DNA of 64,000 nt from Basidiobolus meristosporus CBS 931.73 (Eukaryota > Fungi > Basidiobolomycota): NCBI GenBank assembly GCA_002104905.1, contig MCFE01000029.1:62001-126000 (forward strand), in the 5' to 3' direction. The notes beneath the pieces are model-generated. The model worked only from the letters and a program-made list of their open reading frames with translations, was not told the DNA's origin and searched no databases. How positions within the stretch are numbered: position 1 is the first letter of the stretch; each line of letters begins with the position of its first letter. Position numbers and translations under genes: made by a program. This document shows, in pieces, positions 13,100 to 24,841 of the stretch.

Positions 13100-14976
13100 A
13101 ACCAAAGTGTCACAGTAGAAATACTGATTGGGTGGTGGATTTCAATGGAGTCACTTGTTGAGTGTGGGGTTGGGCTTAATGTTAGTGTAGGGTATAGAGA
13201 CTTGTATAGGTGAATACAATTGGCAATTGAGGTACAACTAAAGTTTCACTGGAAATAAATCAATTTGAATGCATGAAAAGTAAGAGAAATGGTTTAGTCA
13301 GGAAGTAAGGAGTGTGAAAAAGAGGCAATAGCCAATCAATTCACACAAATGTAGGAGGCAATAGAGTGTCCAGGGTCACAAAGTGAGTAAATTGGCAGGG
13401 AACCAATCAAAAGCCACTTATACATTGTTGTGATGAAAACTCTGACTAAGCTTTTTGTGAAATCTGGGGTGCAATTATTTTTCAACTGTCTTTGGATGGT
13501 TTCCCCAGAAGATCAGTACCTCTTAGTCATGGGACTTTTACTTTATGATGGCCTTTTGATGGGATCATCTTCATAATTTTTCATAGGGTATTATCATCAA
13601 AACACCAACACTAAGAACATCATCTTCTCACAGAGAGAACATACTGAAGTTAGCATGCATTTGCAGCAAAGTTGGCAAACTATAAGCCATCAGCCAGAAA
13701 ATGGAATGATTGGAAACCAGCTATACTTAAGATAGAGGTTATTTGTTGGCACAAAAGCTTTCACTGGGAGCTATGCATTTGCTTTTCAGCTATATCCCTA
13801 TACTATTGACCAAGTGTACATAGGGCATTTCAAGCTAAAGGAACCCCTCAAGATATTGGAAAAACTTGAAATAATTGGCAAGATACTACAGAGTATCCAC
13901 TACCCAAAGTACTTCTCACAGGCTCCAATTAATATTCATATGTATATGTGACAATAGAAATGTAAGGACAGGGGGAACTAGATATGTGTTCATTCAATTG
14001 TCCTTCTGAGGCTATTTCTACCAAGAATCCATTGGAAGCATTGGGAGTCATATGTTGACATTGTAAAAATATATATCCAGAAGTGGATAACTAATGCCAA
14101 CTTGAGGCATCTACTGCCTATATGCAAGGAGTGTGTGATGCAATTTGAGCAGCTATACTACAAGCATCAAGCTGAATGCATAGATCTCTGCTGCTACTGC
14201 ATTCATTCCCTTCTCCATCTTGCTTGGTATGTGGAGCTTACAACTCCTTGCTTCAGCTATTGGGAGTTTCATGTGCTGCTAATGTGTGGAGAGATAGGAA
14301 GACAAGTCAAGTTGCAGGTACTATAGCCAGTCAATATACACAATCATACAAGGTGATAGTGTGACTGGGATCAGAAAGTGAGAGAAATGGCAGACAACCT
14401 TTCAAAAGCCACTTATTTGTTATTTTGATGAAGTATTTGGCCATTTTTTTGGTAAGATCTGGGGTACACTTTTTTTTGGCAGTTTTTGCATGTTGTCTCA
14501 ATGGCATCAATGCCACTTAGTCACCAGATTTAAACTATGTGATGGTCTTTTGACAGGTTCATGATAAATACTTTTCATAGGGTCTGGTTCTTACCAAAGT
14601 CATGGGCAATGGGTTCTATGTTGTAAGAGTCTTGGAGATATTGGAAATGATTGGGAGAACAAGTAGATTATGTGGTTTCACTTAATGATTTATTGAATGT
14701 AAAAGTGGTATTTATACTTTTACCTGGTCTTGGCATTACAAACATGTAGAATAGGTTAAGGAAGGTCCCAAGAACATGTGTGCAAAGTTTGGGGCTGTTT
14801 GGACAACTTTGAGAATTTTCATGTTCTGGGTACCTGGTATTTGGTGAAAATATTCTAAGTAAATCCCAACAAGGAATTTGGTCAGTATTCTCTAGGATTG
14901 GAAGGTGATGATCTAAGTGACTAAGTTAGGTGAATATTTAGGTGGAAATACAAATTTTTACAACACTCCCACTCAG

Positions 14977-17900
14977 CTAAATGTTCATACTGAGTAGTCC
15001 TAATTTTGACCTAAGATATTCAAACTTGTCTCTAGCTAATGGTTTGGTAAATATGTCTGCAATCATTTCATCTGTAGGACAGTAAACTAAGCTAACTAAG
15101 TTATTCTCTATAGCTTCACGTATGAAATGATGTCTAATATCTATGTGCTTGGTTCTAGCATGAAAAGTTGGATTTCTACCTAATTGTATACATCCTTGAT
15201 TATCTTGAAATAAAGTAATAGGCGTTTTTTGACATAGGCCTAAATCTGCAAAGAGCTTTCTTAACCACATTGCTTCTTTTGTAGCTTCACAGGCAGCCAT
15301 ATACTCTGCCTCTGTAGTAGAAAGTGCTATGGTTGGTTGCTTTCTTGAATTCCATGAAATTGCTCCTTTACAGTAAAGAAAGGTGTATCCTGTGGTGGAT
15401 CTTCTGTCTTCCAAATTTTGTCCCCAATCAGCATCAGAGTATCCCACAAGATCCTGTTCTGAATCATTATAAGTGTATCTTAAGCAGATATCAGCAGTTC
15501 CTTTTAGGTATCTAAAAATCCGCTTAACTGCTGCAATATGATCAGATCCATAATTCTGATTATGTTGGCTGACAACTCCCACTGAATATGAGATATCTGG
15601 ACATGTTCCAAGCATGATATACATCAGACTGCCAACCATAGATTGATAAGGAAAGTCAGGGCTTTCAGATGGCACCAAGCTCTCTTGATTTGGTTGAGTT
15701 TTGACCAAGTTAAGGTTTGTCTCCATTGGGGTAGCTGCCGGTTTACAGTCTTCCATTTTGTACTTCTTTAGTATATCTTGAATATACTTGGATTGGCTTA
15801 GGGTAATAGTCTGGGTACTTCTGTCGATGGAGAACTTAATCCCTAAGTAGTAACTAAGTTCTCCTAGATTGGACATCTTGAACTCCTTAGATAGGCTGGA
15901 TTTAGTCTCTTCCAATGTTTCTAGGTTATTGGCAGCTATAATAAGATCATCCACATATAGAGCTAATAGAACTGGATTTGCTCTATCTGGCTTATAGTAT
16001 ATACTATAGTCAGCATTACTCCTTTTGAAACTCAAAGATTCCAAATAAGAATCTATCTTGCAATTCCAGGCTCTTGGTGATTGTTTGAGACCATATAGTG
16101 ACTTTTTAAGCTTGCAGACCAAATGGGGGTTATCTTGGTCAACAAACCCATCAGGCTGGTCCATATACACGTCCTCATCAAGTTCTCCATTCAAAAATGC
16201 AGTTTTTACGTCCATTTGATGAATAAAAAACTTATATTTGGCTGCAATAGCCAATATTAATCTGATGGAGTTAAACTTGGCTACCGGTGCAAAGGTCTCA
16301 ATATAGTCAAGTCCTTTTGTTTGAGAGTATCCTTTGGCTACAAGTCTTGCTTTGTATCTTTCAATTGTACCATCAGCCTTGTATTTTGTCTTGGAGACCC
16401 ATCTGCATCCAATTGATTTTTGGTTGATTGGTAATTTGACTAAGTCCCAAGTTTGATTTTCCATCAGGGCCTGATATTCCTCAGTCATTGCAGATCTCCA
16501 AAACTTTGTCTGAAGGCTATTTAGGGCCTCTTTTACAGTCTGGGGTTCATCAATATGGACTGAATAGGCATAGGCTAAGTTTGTACCCTCATTAATATAG
16601 TAATTTGGGCTATTTCTTGTCCGATTTGATCTCCGGGCATTTGATACTGGAATGATCACTTCTGGGATATTCCTGGGCACTGATTCTGGCTGAACCACGG
16701 TTGTAGAGTCCTCTGGAGTGAAAAATATTCATTGTTTTGCTCTGATTCAATCCTGACAATTTGTGGACTTGAGATCAAATTTTCGTCATCATCTGATGTC
16801 ATTTTTTGTGAAAATTTTGAATTTTCATCAAACAGCACATCCCTGGACTTGATCAGCTTCTTTGCTTTGGTATTGTAGAGTCTGTATGCCTTACTCTCAT
16901 TGCAGTAGCCCAAAAATATGCATTTTACACTTTTTGGCTCAAATTTTGACTGATTTCCGGCCAGTTTTTTGGCATATGCTGTACACCCAAAAATTCCTAG
17001 ATGTTCTGCACTTGGTCTGTATCCATACCATGCTTCAAATGGAGTAGAATCACGAAGTATTCTGTTATAACTCCTATTTTTAAGATATACAGCAGTGGCA
17101 ACTGATTCCGCCCAAAAATCATAGGATAATTTTTGATCATGTATTATAGATCTTGCCATATCAATTATTGATCTGTTAGCTTGTTCTGCTACTCCATTTT
17201 GCTGTGGGGAGTATGGTACAGTAGTCTCTTGCTTTATCCCATGAATTTTGCAGAAGTGGATGAAGAGTTTTGAGGTATATTCTCCTCCATTGTCAGAGCG
17301 TATTTTCTTGATTTTTTCACCAGTTTCTCTCTCCACCATGGCTTTAAACTCCCTGAACTTAGACAGAGCTTCTTCCTTTCTCTCCATGAAGTATACCCAT
17401 GTGTATCTTGTATAATCATCAATAAAAGTGATTAAATACTTCATCCCGCCTAAGGATAGATTTTGCATAGGTCCACATAGATCTGAGTGAATTAGATCTA
17501 ATTTTTTCTTAGTTTTGATTAACCCAGAGCTCTTGAACGGTTGTCTGGCTTGTTTCCCATATATGCAGGCTTCAAAGTGCTCCAAATTAGCTGGGGGATC
17601 AATTTTCACTCCAGAAATTAGCTGATCTTTGATCATTTTACGCAAATAATCAAAATTGATGTGTCCAAATCTCCTGTGCCAAAGCATTGGTGTTTCTTCA
17701 TTTAAGTTACTTATATTGGCTTCCAGATATGATGGAATATAAGTCAACTTGTATAGATTCTGATCTCTGATGCCCGAAGCAATATGGGCACCATTTTGAT
17801 CAGTGATCCTGCATCCAGAATTGTCAAAACTGAAACTGAGTCCTTCTGCTGTGGCCTTGCTTACAGAGAGTAGGTTCTTGGCTATTTCTGGTACATAGAG

Positions 17901-18920
17901 TACTTCTTTAAAGGTCAGTGTATGGCTTCCTTCACTGCTTCTAAGGTTTACTTGGATAGTTCCTTCTCCCACTGCATCAAGTGTTCTATTGTCACCCATG
18001 AAAACCTTCTTAATTGGAATTTCTTGATATTGGGTAAAAAGTTCTTTTTGGTGTGTCAAGTGTTGAGAAGCTCCAGAGTCAATATACCATGTCTGAGAAT
18101 CTTTGTTTGTGGTCATACTTAGTGCAGATATGAATAGTCTATCTTCAGTTGTTGCAGCATTTCCATATTCAGGCTTCTTTTGCTTATAATCTCTCTTTTT
18201 GAAACACCGATCTGATGTGTGTCCTTTCCTTTTGCAGTAGTTGCAAAATAGGTTGCTGTTGCCTTTGTAGGGTCTTGGGTACCTCCTTTGTTGGTTATCA
18301 TTGCTTATTAAAGCATTTTCTTCTTCCTTCTTATTGGCGCTTGATTTTCTTAATTCTTCATCCAGGAGCCTTCCATATACGTAATTTAAGGTCAAATCTT
18401 CAGTGCTGGACTCTAGGGCTGATACAAGGCCCTGAAACTTGTCTGTCAGGCTATTCAGGATGGTAACTATCACATCCTCATCAGTAGTTGGTACGCCCAC
18501 AGATTCCATCTCATCTACCAGCAGGGTAATTCTGTTAATTAGATTTTTCATTTCTTCTCCTGGCAGCATCTTTGCAGTAAAGAATTTTCTTCTCAGATAC
18601 ATTTTCTTGGCAGCTGAACATGACTGGTAGGTGTCTTCTAATGCCTTCCAGGCATTCTTTGCTGTTTTTGCTCTTGAGCATTGAATTAGCAATTTGTCCT
18701 TGACATTAAGGCAAATGCAGTTAAAGGCACTTTGTTCTTTCTTCTGGTACTTTAAGGCTTCCTCTCCCACGTTTTTAGGAGGGCATTCTTCTCCCATGAC
18801 AATATCCCAAAGGCCTCTTTCTTGTAGCAGCATCTTCATCTTCACCTTCCACACTTGGTAGTTAGAGCCATCCAACTTTTCAGCAGAGGGAAAAATTCCA
18901 GTAATAGCAGTAGTAGACAT
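14977..18920 (-). CDS. Copia gag-pol polyprotein (~1,310 aa) with one frameshift near 16720
   Basis: Starts MSTTAITGIFPSAEKL. Zinc knuckle CNYCKRKGHTSDRC; PR WYIDSGASQH; LWHRRFGH; IN HSDLCGP/SDNGGEY/NGVAE; [17 protein letters not shown]; RNaseH YSDADW, TEAEY, DNQG. Covered by ORFs 16656-19079 and 14977-16698. Confidence 0.92.
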
Positions 18921-18937
18921 TTCAGAGAGTGACAGCA

Positions 18938-18951
18938 CAGGGCTCATAACC
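18938..18951 (-). other. Primer-binding site complementary to the anticodon stem-loop of initiator tRNA-Met
   Basis: The plus strand reads CAGGGCTCATAACC directly against the 5' LTR, which is the anticodon-arm sequence of eukaryotic tRNA-iMet (Ty5/Drosophila copia-type priming). A decayed copy is at 8245-8258. Confidence 0.85.
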
Positions 18952-19299
18952 TGTTGTAAGAGTCTTGGAGATATTGGAAGTGATTGGGAGAACAAGTAGA
19001 TTATGTGGTTTTCACTTAATGATTTATTGAATGTAAAAGTGGTATTTATACTTTTACCTGGTCTTGGCATTACAAACACGTAGAATAGGTTAAGGAAGGT
19101 CCCAAGAACATGTGTGCAAAGTTTAGGGCTGTTTGGACAACTTTGAGAATTTTCATGTTCTGGGTACCTGGTATTTGGTGAAAATATTCTAAGTAAATCC
19201 CGACAAGGAATTTTGTCAGTATTCTCTAGGATTGGAAGGTGATGATCTAAGTGACTAAGTTAGGTGAATATTTAGGTGGAAATACAAATTTTTACAACA

Positions 19300-19778
19300 T
19301 TTTATGGCAGAAACACTCATTGAATGGCCAATTTAAATGGAGTTACTTATTGAGTGTGAAGTTGGGCTTAATGAACATGTTGGGTATTGGGACTTGTATA
19401 GGTGGGTATGGTCTACAATTGAGTTACAACTGAAGATTTAACAGAAATAAACCAATTTACATGCATGAAATGTAAGAGCATTAATCAAGTCAGGAAGTAA
19501 GGAGTGGGAAAAAGAGGCAATTGCTAGTCAATGTACACATACATGGGAGATAGTTGAGCATCCAGGATCATAAAGTGAGAGGAAGGGTGGAGAACCAGTC
19601 CAAAGCAACTTAGAAACTGTTACAAAGAAAAATCATGACCAAGATTTCTGTGAAATCTAAGAAGCAATTTTTACAACTGTTTTTGCATGGTGTCCTAGCT
19701 GCATCAATACCACTTAGTCAGAAGATTAATGCTTGTGGCTGCCTTTTAATGCAATCTTCATATTTATTTTTAATAGGG
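19300..19778 (+). mobile_element. Terminal fragment of a third CMC copy (ORF2-side end)
   Basis: Colinear with 13110-13588 and ends TTTTTAATAGGG at 19778, matching the ends at 13588 and 14582. Confidence 0.6.
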
Positions 19779-21001
19779 CTTCATTCAGTCAGGTGCAATG
19801 TTCCTTTTTCTGATTCTCTTGGAACATATTATACTAAAAGCTTTGGCTAATAAGCTGGTCAGGAACAACATAATACTTTTGTATCAAAAAAAATAGTGGA
19901 CTTGGAGTAGCCTATTGCTACATTATGCATATCTCACCAACATAGAAGCTGTGTGGCAAACCAACCTTTGAAATTTCTTTGCCTCATATTTATCAGATCT
20001 TCTCATTATGACATAGTTGTAGACCTTCTTCAAGTGGCTTAAAGGAAAAGACAAGGTAATTGTTGCCACATTTACAGCTTGCAAATGTAGTTAATGCTTG
20101 AGTGGCTGCAGTATTGCACATCAAAATATATCACAGAGTAGACAATTGTTCTCCAGACTTGCAGTGGTATTCACTAAGGCTAGATAAAAAGCCATATATA
20201 GCAAGCTCAGGGCATACAGTCAGTTGCAAGACTCTCCTAGAGAGTATTGTAAATGATTCACAGAGTTAGAGAGTTGTCTAAGTCCACATATTACATACAA
20301 AGTTCATTTAGTATACTAATATTTTTGTGCAAGCTTTGAGAAACCAAAGATGCTACTGCTCTAAGTAAGGTTACAGGAGGCTGTGTACAAAGTATACAAC
20401 TTTTAGATGAGTTTGAAACAGTTGATGACTACTGCACCTTCCCTGTTTATGGGAATAGGCTAATGTATGATGGAATAAACTAAAGTCAATAGTTGATAAT
20501 TTGAAAAATGTAAGAATCATACATTCTATGAGTGGCTTCAATGTAAACAAAACACTATCAATATTAGTGGTGTCAATACCTCTCAGTCATGAAATTTCAA
20601 TCTTGCAATGCCATCATATTGATGGGATTATCATGGGCATTTTCATAGTGGCTTCTCTCCCTTACAACTGTAAGTTGTCACAATGTAGGAACAGATTAGT
20701 TACCATTACAGGGATAGACAAAGGGTATTAAGCTAGAGATACCTGCAAGTGGTGAATTTTCAGCAGGTTGTTTGTAATTGAGATTCAAATCAGTAGCAGT
20801 ATGGGTACTGAGATGTGTACCTATCAATGCAGACATAAATTTATTATATATGAAGTTTGGCAGGAAATGAAGCAATCAATATACAGCAAAAGTAAGAGCA
20901 CCAGTAGAGCAAGTAGGTAAGGAGTGTGATAAAGAGGCAATAGCCTATCAATATACAGGAATCTAGAAGCTCATTGAATATCTGGGATCATGAAGCAAGA
21001 C
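19779..21001 (-). mobile_element. Highly decayed CMC-like transposase relic plus partial subterminal block
   Basis: Minus-strand fragments resemble Tnp2 (NIDSVLFTLKPLIE; ATDCMP). 20880-21001 resembles 13270-13390. CpG-depleted. Confidence 0.35.
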
Positions 21002-21006
21002 AAAAG

Positions 21007-21394
21007 TGTTGTAAGAGTCTTGAAGGTATTAGAAGTGATTGGGAAAACAAGTAGATAATGTGTCTTCACTTAATGATTTATTGAATGTAAAAGTAGTATT
21101 TATACTTTTACACGGTCTTGGCATTACAAACACATAGAATATGCTTAGGAAGGTGCCAAGAGCATGTGTGCAAAGTTTGGGGCTGTTTGGACAGCTTTGA
21201 GAATTTCATGTTCTGTATAATTGATGTTTTTGTGAAAATATTCCAAGTAAATCCCAACAAGGAATTTGGTCAGTATTCTCTAGGATTTGAAGGTAATGAT
21301 CTAAGTGACTAAGTTAGGTGAGTATTTAGGTGGATTTACGTATTTTTACAACAGTTAGGTGAATATTTAGGTGGAATTACAAATTTTTACAACA
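21007..21394 (-). mobile_element. Solo LTR of the copia family with a 41-bp terminal tandem duplication, TSD AAAAG
   Basis: Colinear with the LTRs of copia-1 and copia-2. The terminal 41 bp occur twice (21313-21353, 21354-21394). AAAAG flanks at 21002-21006 and 21395-21399. Confidence 0.9.
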
Positions 21395-21899
21395 AAAAGA
21401 ACAAGAATTAATTAATGAGAACTTAGTAGGCTTTAGAGTGACCCGGTTTTTCCAAATATTTTTGGTGCAATAAACATTCACCCAAAAGGCTCAGAATTAG
21501 AACTTTATTTCTAGAGATATTCTCATGATTAGTTTTACAGCACTCTGAGGGAATCAAGTAAATACGTGCTTCATGTCACTGTATGTACTATATAATGATT
21601 CTTAATTTCTAGGCTCAAGCAAGTCCCAGGCCAACTTCTATTAGAATGTCAATAAGAAACCCCAGTATAAATATATGCATTACCCCACCATATTTCAAGC
21701 AATTGAGATTCAAGATAATCCGATATAACGTTAATGCTATTGCCAAATGCTTGCCCACAAACAATTTGCAATTGCAATATGCTGCAAAGAGAAATGGGCC
21801 CCGAACTTTGCATATGGCATATCAGCATGCCCTTCTACATTTTGATATTTGGCTTTACAATGTTTCACAAAGATCCAAGCACGGCTGCATCTGAAAGCT

Positions 21900-24280
21900 C
21901 CATGTCAGTTAGACATTAACCGATTGCTTCTGGATCCCAAATCCACTGGCCCCACACATAATCGAGTGTTGGACTGTGTAGGAATATAGAGTCACTGTAA
22001 AGGATAAGCAGGAAAAAACTGCATAGCTTATGCCATCGAACATGAAGCCCAAGCTAGCGATATCATTGCTAGATTTCATCGACAAACTGGAGGTCCATAT
22101 GTAATAGATGACTCTTGTTGGTAACTAGATGGATGAAAGTCCACAAAGGTATAACCCGGTATGTGCTCTCACCCGATGATTTTGAGCAAAAGCAAAGTAG
22201 CATCCAAGTTCCAACTTGTACCTTGAGCATGATCCAGACTATTGCGTCACATCAAAGCAAAATAGGATACTTGGATTGGAGTATAATCACATTGCTTCCT
22301 ATATAGCCATATGAATCAGATCTCTACAAACCAATAATCTGTGCAGGGTGGTTGACTGCGTTTCATTTTCCACAGGTGCTTTCCATATATTTGTTTGATT
22401 GATATTGATATGAGGTGCCTTATGTGGCCAATAGCTAGCCGCATTGGAATGTTATAAAGAATTGGAATCTACTAGAGCCTGGAAATCATCCGCACCAAGA
22501 GTTTAACAAGGCCAAATGGATCCCTTAAAGAAGCGCATGTGGATTGGAATTAGTCAGCGGTCCTGGTCATAGAATAGAACAGGAGACAGCAAGACAATAT
22601 ATGCCATGGTTCAGTTTTGATGTGAAGGCATGGAATGATATTTAGTCAGCATGCATTTCTCCTAGAAATTTTCGCAACTGAAATCAGCGCAGTACTAGGG
22701 ATACCCGTAGATAGTACTCACATGGTTGTTGGCTGATCAATTTGTGGTATCAACATAGATGGCGAAAGATCCTTCTGGATCTGCAGATTAGCGCACCCAG
22801 CCTGACCACCCAGAGCGCATGGAACTACTCATGGGGTTCAGTGCAACTCCACCATTCAGACCTCACTTCTGTAGACTAAGCCACATCATCCCACACCTGT
22901 CAAGTGGTGGTATTCCTATACCAAACCATGATTGCAACTGGCTAGACGTGGCAACCATACTATCCAATATCGCTACAGGGAAGGCCAAGCTACAACCGAA
23001 TGACGCTGGCGACTGTGCTGGGCCCGCGGTAAACAACTGTAGTCATGTTTGGTCAGCGTATCCGTTGCTGCATATATTCAGCTGAGGACCTCGCCTGCTC
23101 TGCAACATCACAAGCACAATCACTCCCTCATGCTTACTAAATGTGGATTAAACATAAAGGCCCAATCAACATAGGCCAGGGGATCCCAGCTCGATGAACT
23201 ATCAGGTTGGGTAGATGACTGCGTCTATTCCATCAGTCTCATCTCTAAACCTATCAAGGGCCCATCTTGAGCAAGTTAACCCATGCTCATGAGCGATCTT
23301 AATGTTGCACCTGTACCACAGGGTGCATGCTACTCAACGGTGCTACGCATGATCCATGTCCCTAGTAACAAGTCCAATGGAGCCCAGAAAGCATCCAGCT
23401 CAATGGCACACGGGGACCTCTCGGCCAGTGAAATGGTAGGGTTGGTGGGGCGGCTGTTGTGGCCCAATCTTGACTGGAGCGATGACACAGATGTAGCGTG
23501 GCTGTCCATCGAGTCCACGGCCCATTCAAATTTGCAATATGAGCCTCGAACAACAAGTTTCCACTACCATCGATCAACAAAGCACCATGACGCATGCTGA
23601 AGCCATAGCAGCTAACCTGCACCAAGTCATGGTTGTGGTGATGGATCTGAACCCAATATATCTCGCTACTCTATCCAACCAGATATTTGACCACCGAATT
23701 ACCCATTAATTTAGGCAGCGAACCTGTTGGACCATGCCAACACGACCAATCTGCGGGACCCAAGGGCTATTTGGAGAATCAGCTGATTGGGCTAGCTTCA
23801 TCATCTAAGATCACTTGAGTATCTTTCATGATGAGATCATGAAGTGTTTCGAAACTGATCCCTTGGTGTCCATCTACTTACCATATGAGGACGGCGCAAG
23901 GATGGCCATTGGAGATGTCCAGTGTAGGTGGGCTCTTCCAGTAAAGCGGGCTTCCTCTACCATTAGCGTCCCTACACGCCCAGCTGTTTCTCTTCATTTG
24001 GGAGAGTAGCAGACGGGTTTCAGCTTGAAGGAAGTGAGGATGGCATTGAGACGGACGAGATGTGATGGTGCTGGGTTGATGACGCTCTGAAATCAGCCAG
24101 CCAAGCGGATTGGTCGCTTCCTTGAAAAGCATGTCTGAATAGGTAATGTTCCTATTAACACCATCAATTATACGTAAATACGCATGGTTTGCCCATGGGT
24201 CCGCACCTCGTTGTCCACAGGCACATACTTTCAACACGATGCATATGAGGCGATTCCTTATCGCAGAAACTGTCATTGTG
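21900..24280 (-). mobile_element. Very decayed Ty3/gypsy-like pol relic (PR-RT-RNaseH order)
   Basis: Minus-strand fragments: LLIDGSGN and LDLLLGTWIM (protease-like, 23350-23600); EYHHL, SSMRSG, AIYVD (RT-like, 22750-22950); weak RNaseH-like pieces at 22000-22300. No LTRs identified. Confidence 0.5.
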
Positions 24281-24841
24281 TGCTAGTAGTGATCGACAGA
24301 TGACTAGGCTGGCTTGGAATCAGGGTTGTTTAATGGGAAAGATCATCTTGTAGGTTGACAACGATAGGCGAAAAGATCGGTAACTACCCTCCTGCCCCTT
24401 CGAGATACCATTTGCTAATATGTCTTTTTAAGATCCTACTTGAAATGGCTTAGAAGATCGGGGCTAATCTATTTGTGCTTCTCGAACACTATCTTAGGGA
24501 TCCACGTGACGAGCATCGGCACATTTCGTCCAGTATATATGTTCTAGGCTTCCCCCGCATGAATCTCTTTGATTCTTAAACGCGATTACTTGTTTGGTAC
24601 TAGCTCGTATTTAAAGCTTTTTCCTGTAAAACCCAACATAGCTACCAAAAATCCCCCCCCCCTCCATCCACATACATTTCTCTTTACCTGGTTAGTGTTG
24701 GTATCCACTCAATACCGGTTCGAAAACCACCTAAACCGTCGTGCCTGGATATATTGAAACACCCGAGTTTCTCAGCTTAAGTTGACCTGAGATTGTCTTT
24801 CGGTAGTGATAGCTCCACTTCAAACAACTCATCAGTCGGTC

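Larger units (their letters stand above)
2805..13588 (-). mobile_element. Inner CMC/CACTA-type DNA transposon (copy B), ~5.7 kb native plus two LTR-element insertions
   Basis: Termini are CCCTCTGAAAGATAAT (2805) and ATTTTTCATAGGG (13588), with TAT duplicated at 2802-2804 and 13589-13591. Removing the element gives a gap-free match of copy A transposase to copy B's own sequence (~9830-9870). It has diverged long subterminal inverted homology, a minus-strand transposase relic and a divergent plus-strand ORF2. Confidence 0.65.
1..14582 (+). mobile_element. Outer degenerate CMC/CACTA(EnSpm)-type DNA transposon (copy A), left end outside window; transposase split by an inserted sister copy
   Basis: Plus-strand relic frames at 1486-2804 carry Tnp2-like motifs (CVNSCIAF..C..C; IICIGDTPAISKIAGFYRHNVQYCCQMC). 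They resume at 13592-14330 (CIDLCCYCIHSLLHLAW...CGEIGRQVKLQVL). The right end reads TTTTCATAGGG at 14582. Positions 1-1480 are an inverted homolog of 11200-11700. Confidence 0.6.
14619..19299 (-). mobile_element. Ty1/copia LTR retrotransposon, near intact (copia-2, same family as copia-1)
   Basis: LTRs at 14619-14965 and 18952-19299 differ by about 5 substitutions and 1 indel by eye. PPT at 14966-14977; PBS GGTTATGAGCCCTG at 18938-18951. The TSD is not exact. Confidence 0.97.

Noticed and set aside
16656-16740. Programmed gag/pol-type ribosomal frameshift in copia-2
   Set aside because: The shift lies between integrase and RT, and copia-1 is in frame across the same site, so it is a 1-bp indel.
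3923-21394. Five dispersed ~348-bp direct repeats considered as a repeat array
   Set aside because: They are LTRs with TG..CA ends, PBS/PPT and TSDs; there is no CRISPR-like repeat-spacer periodicity.
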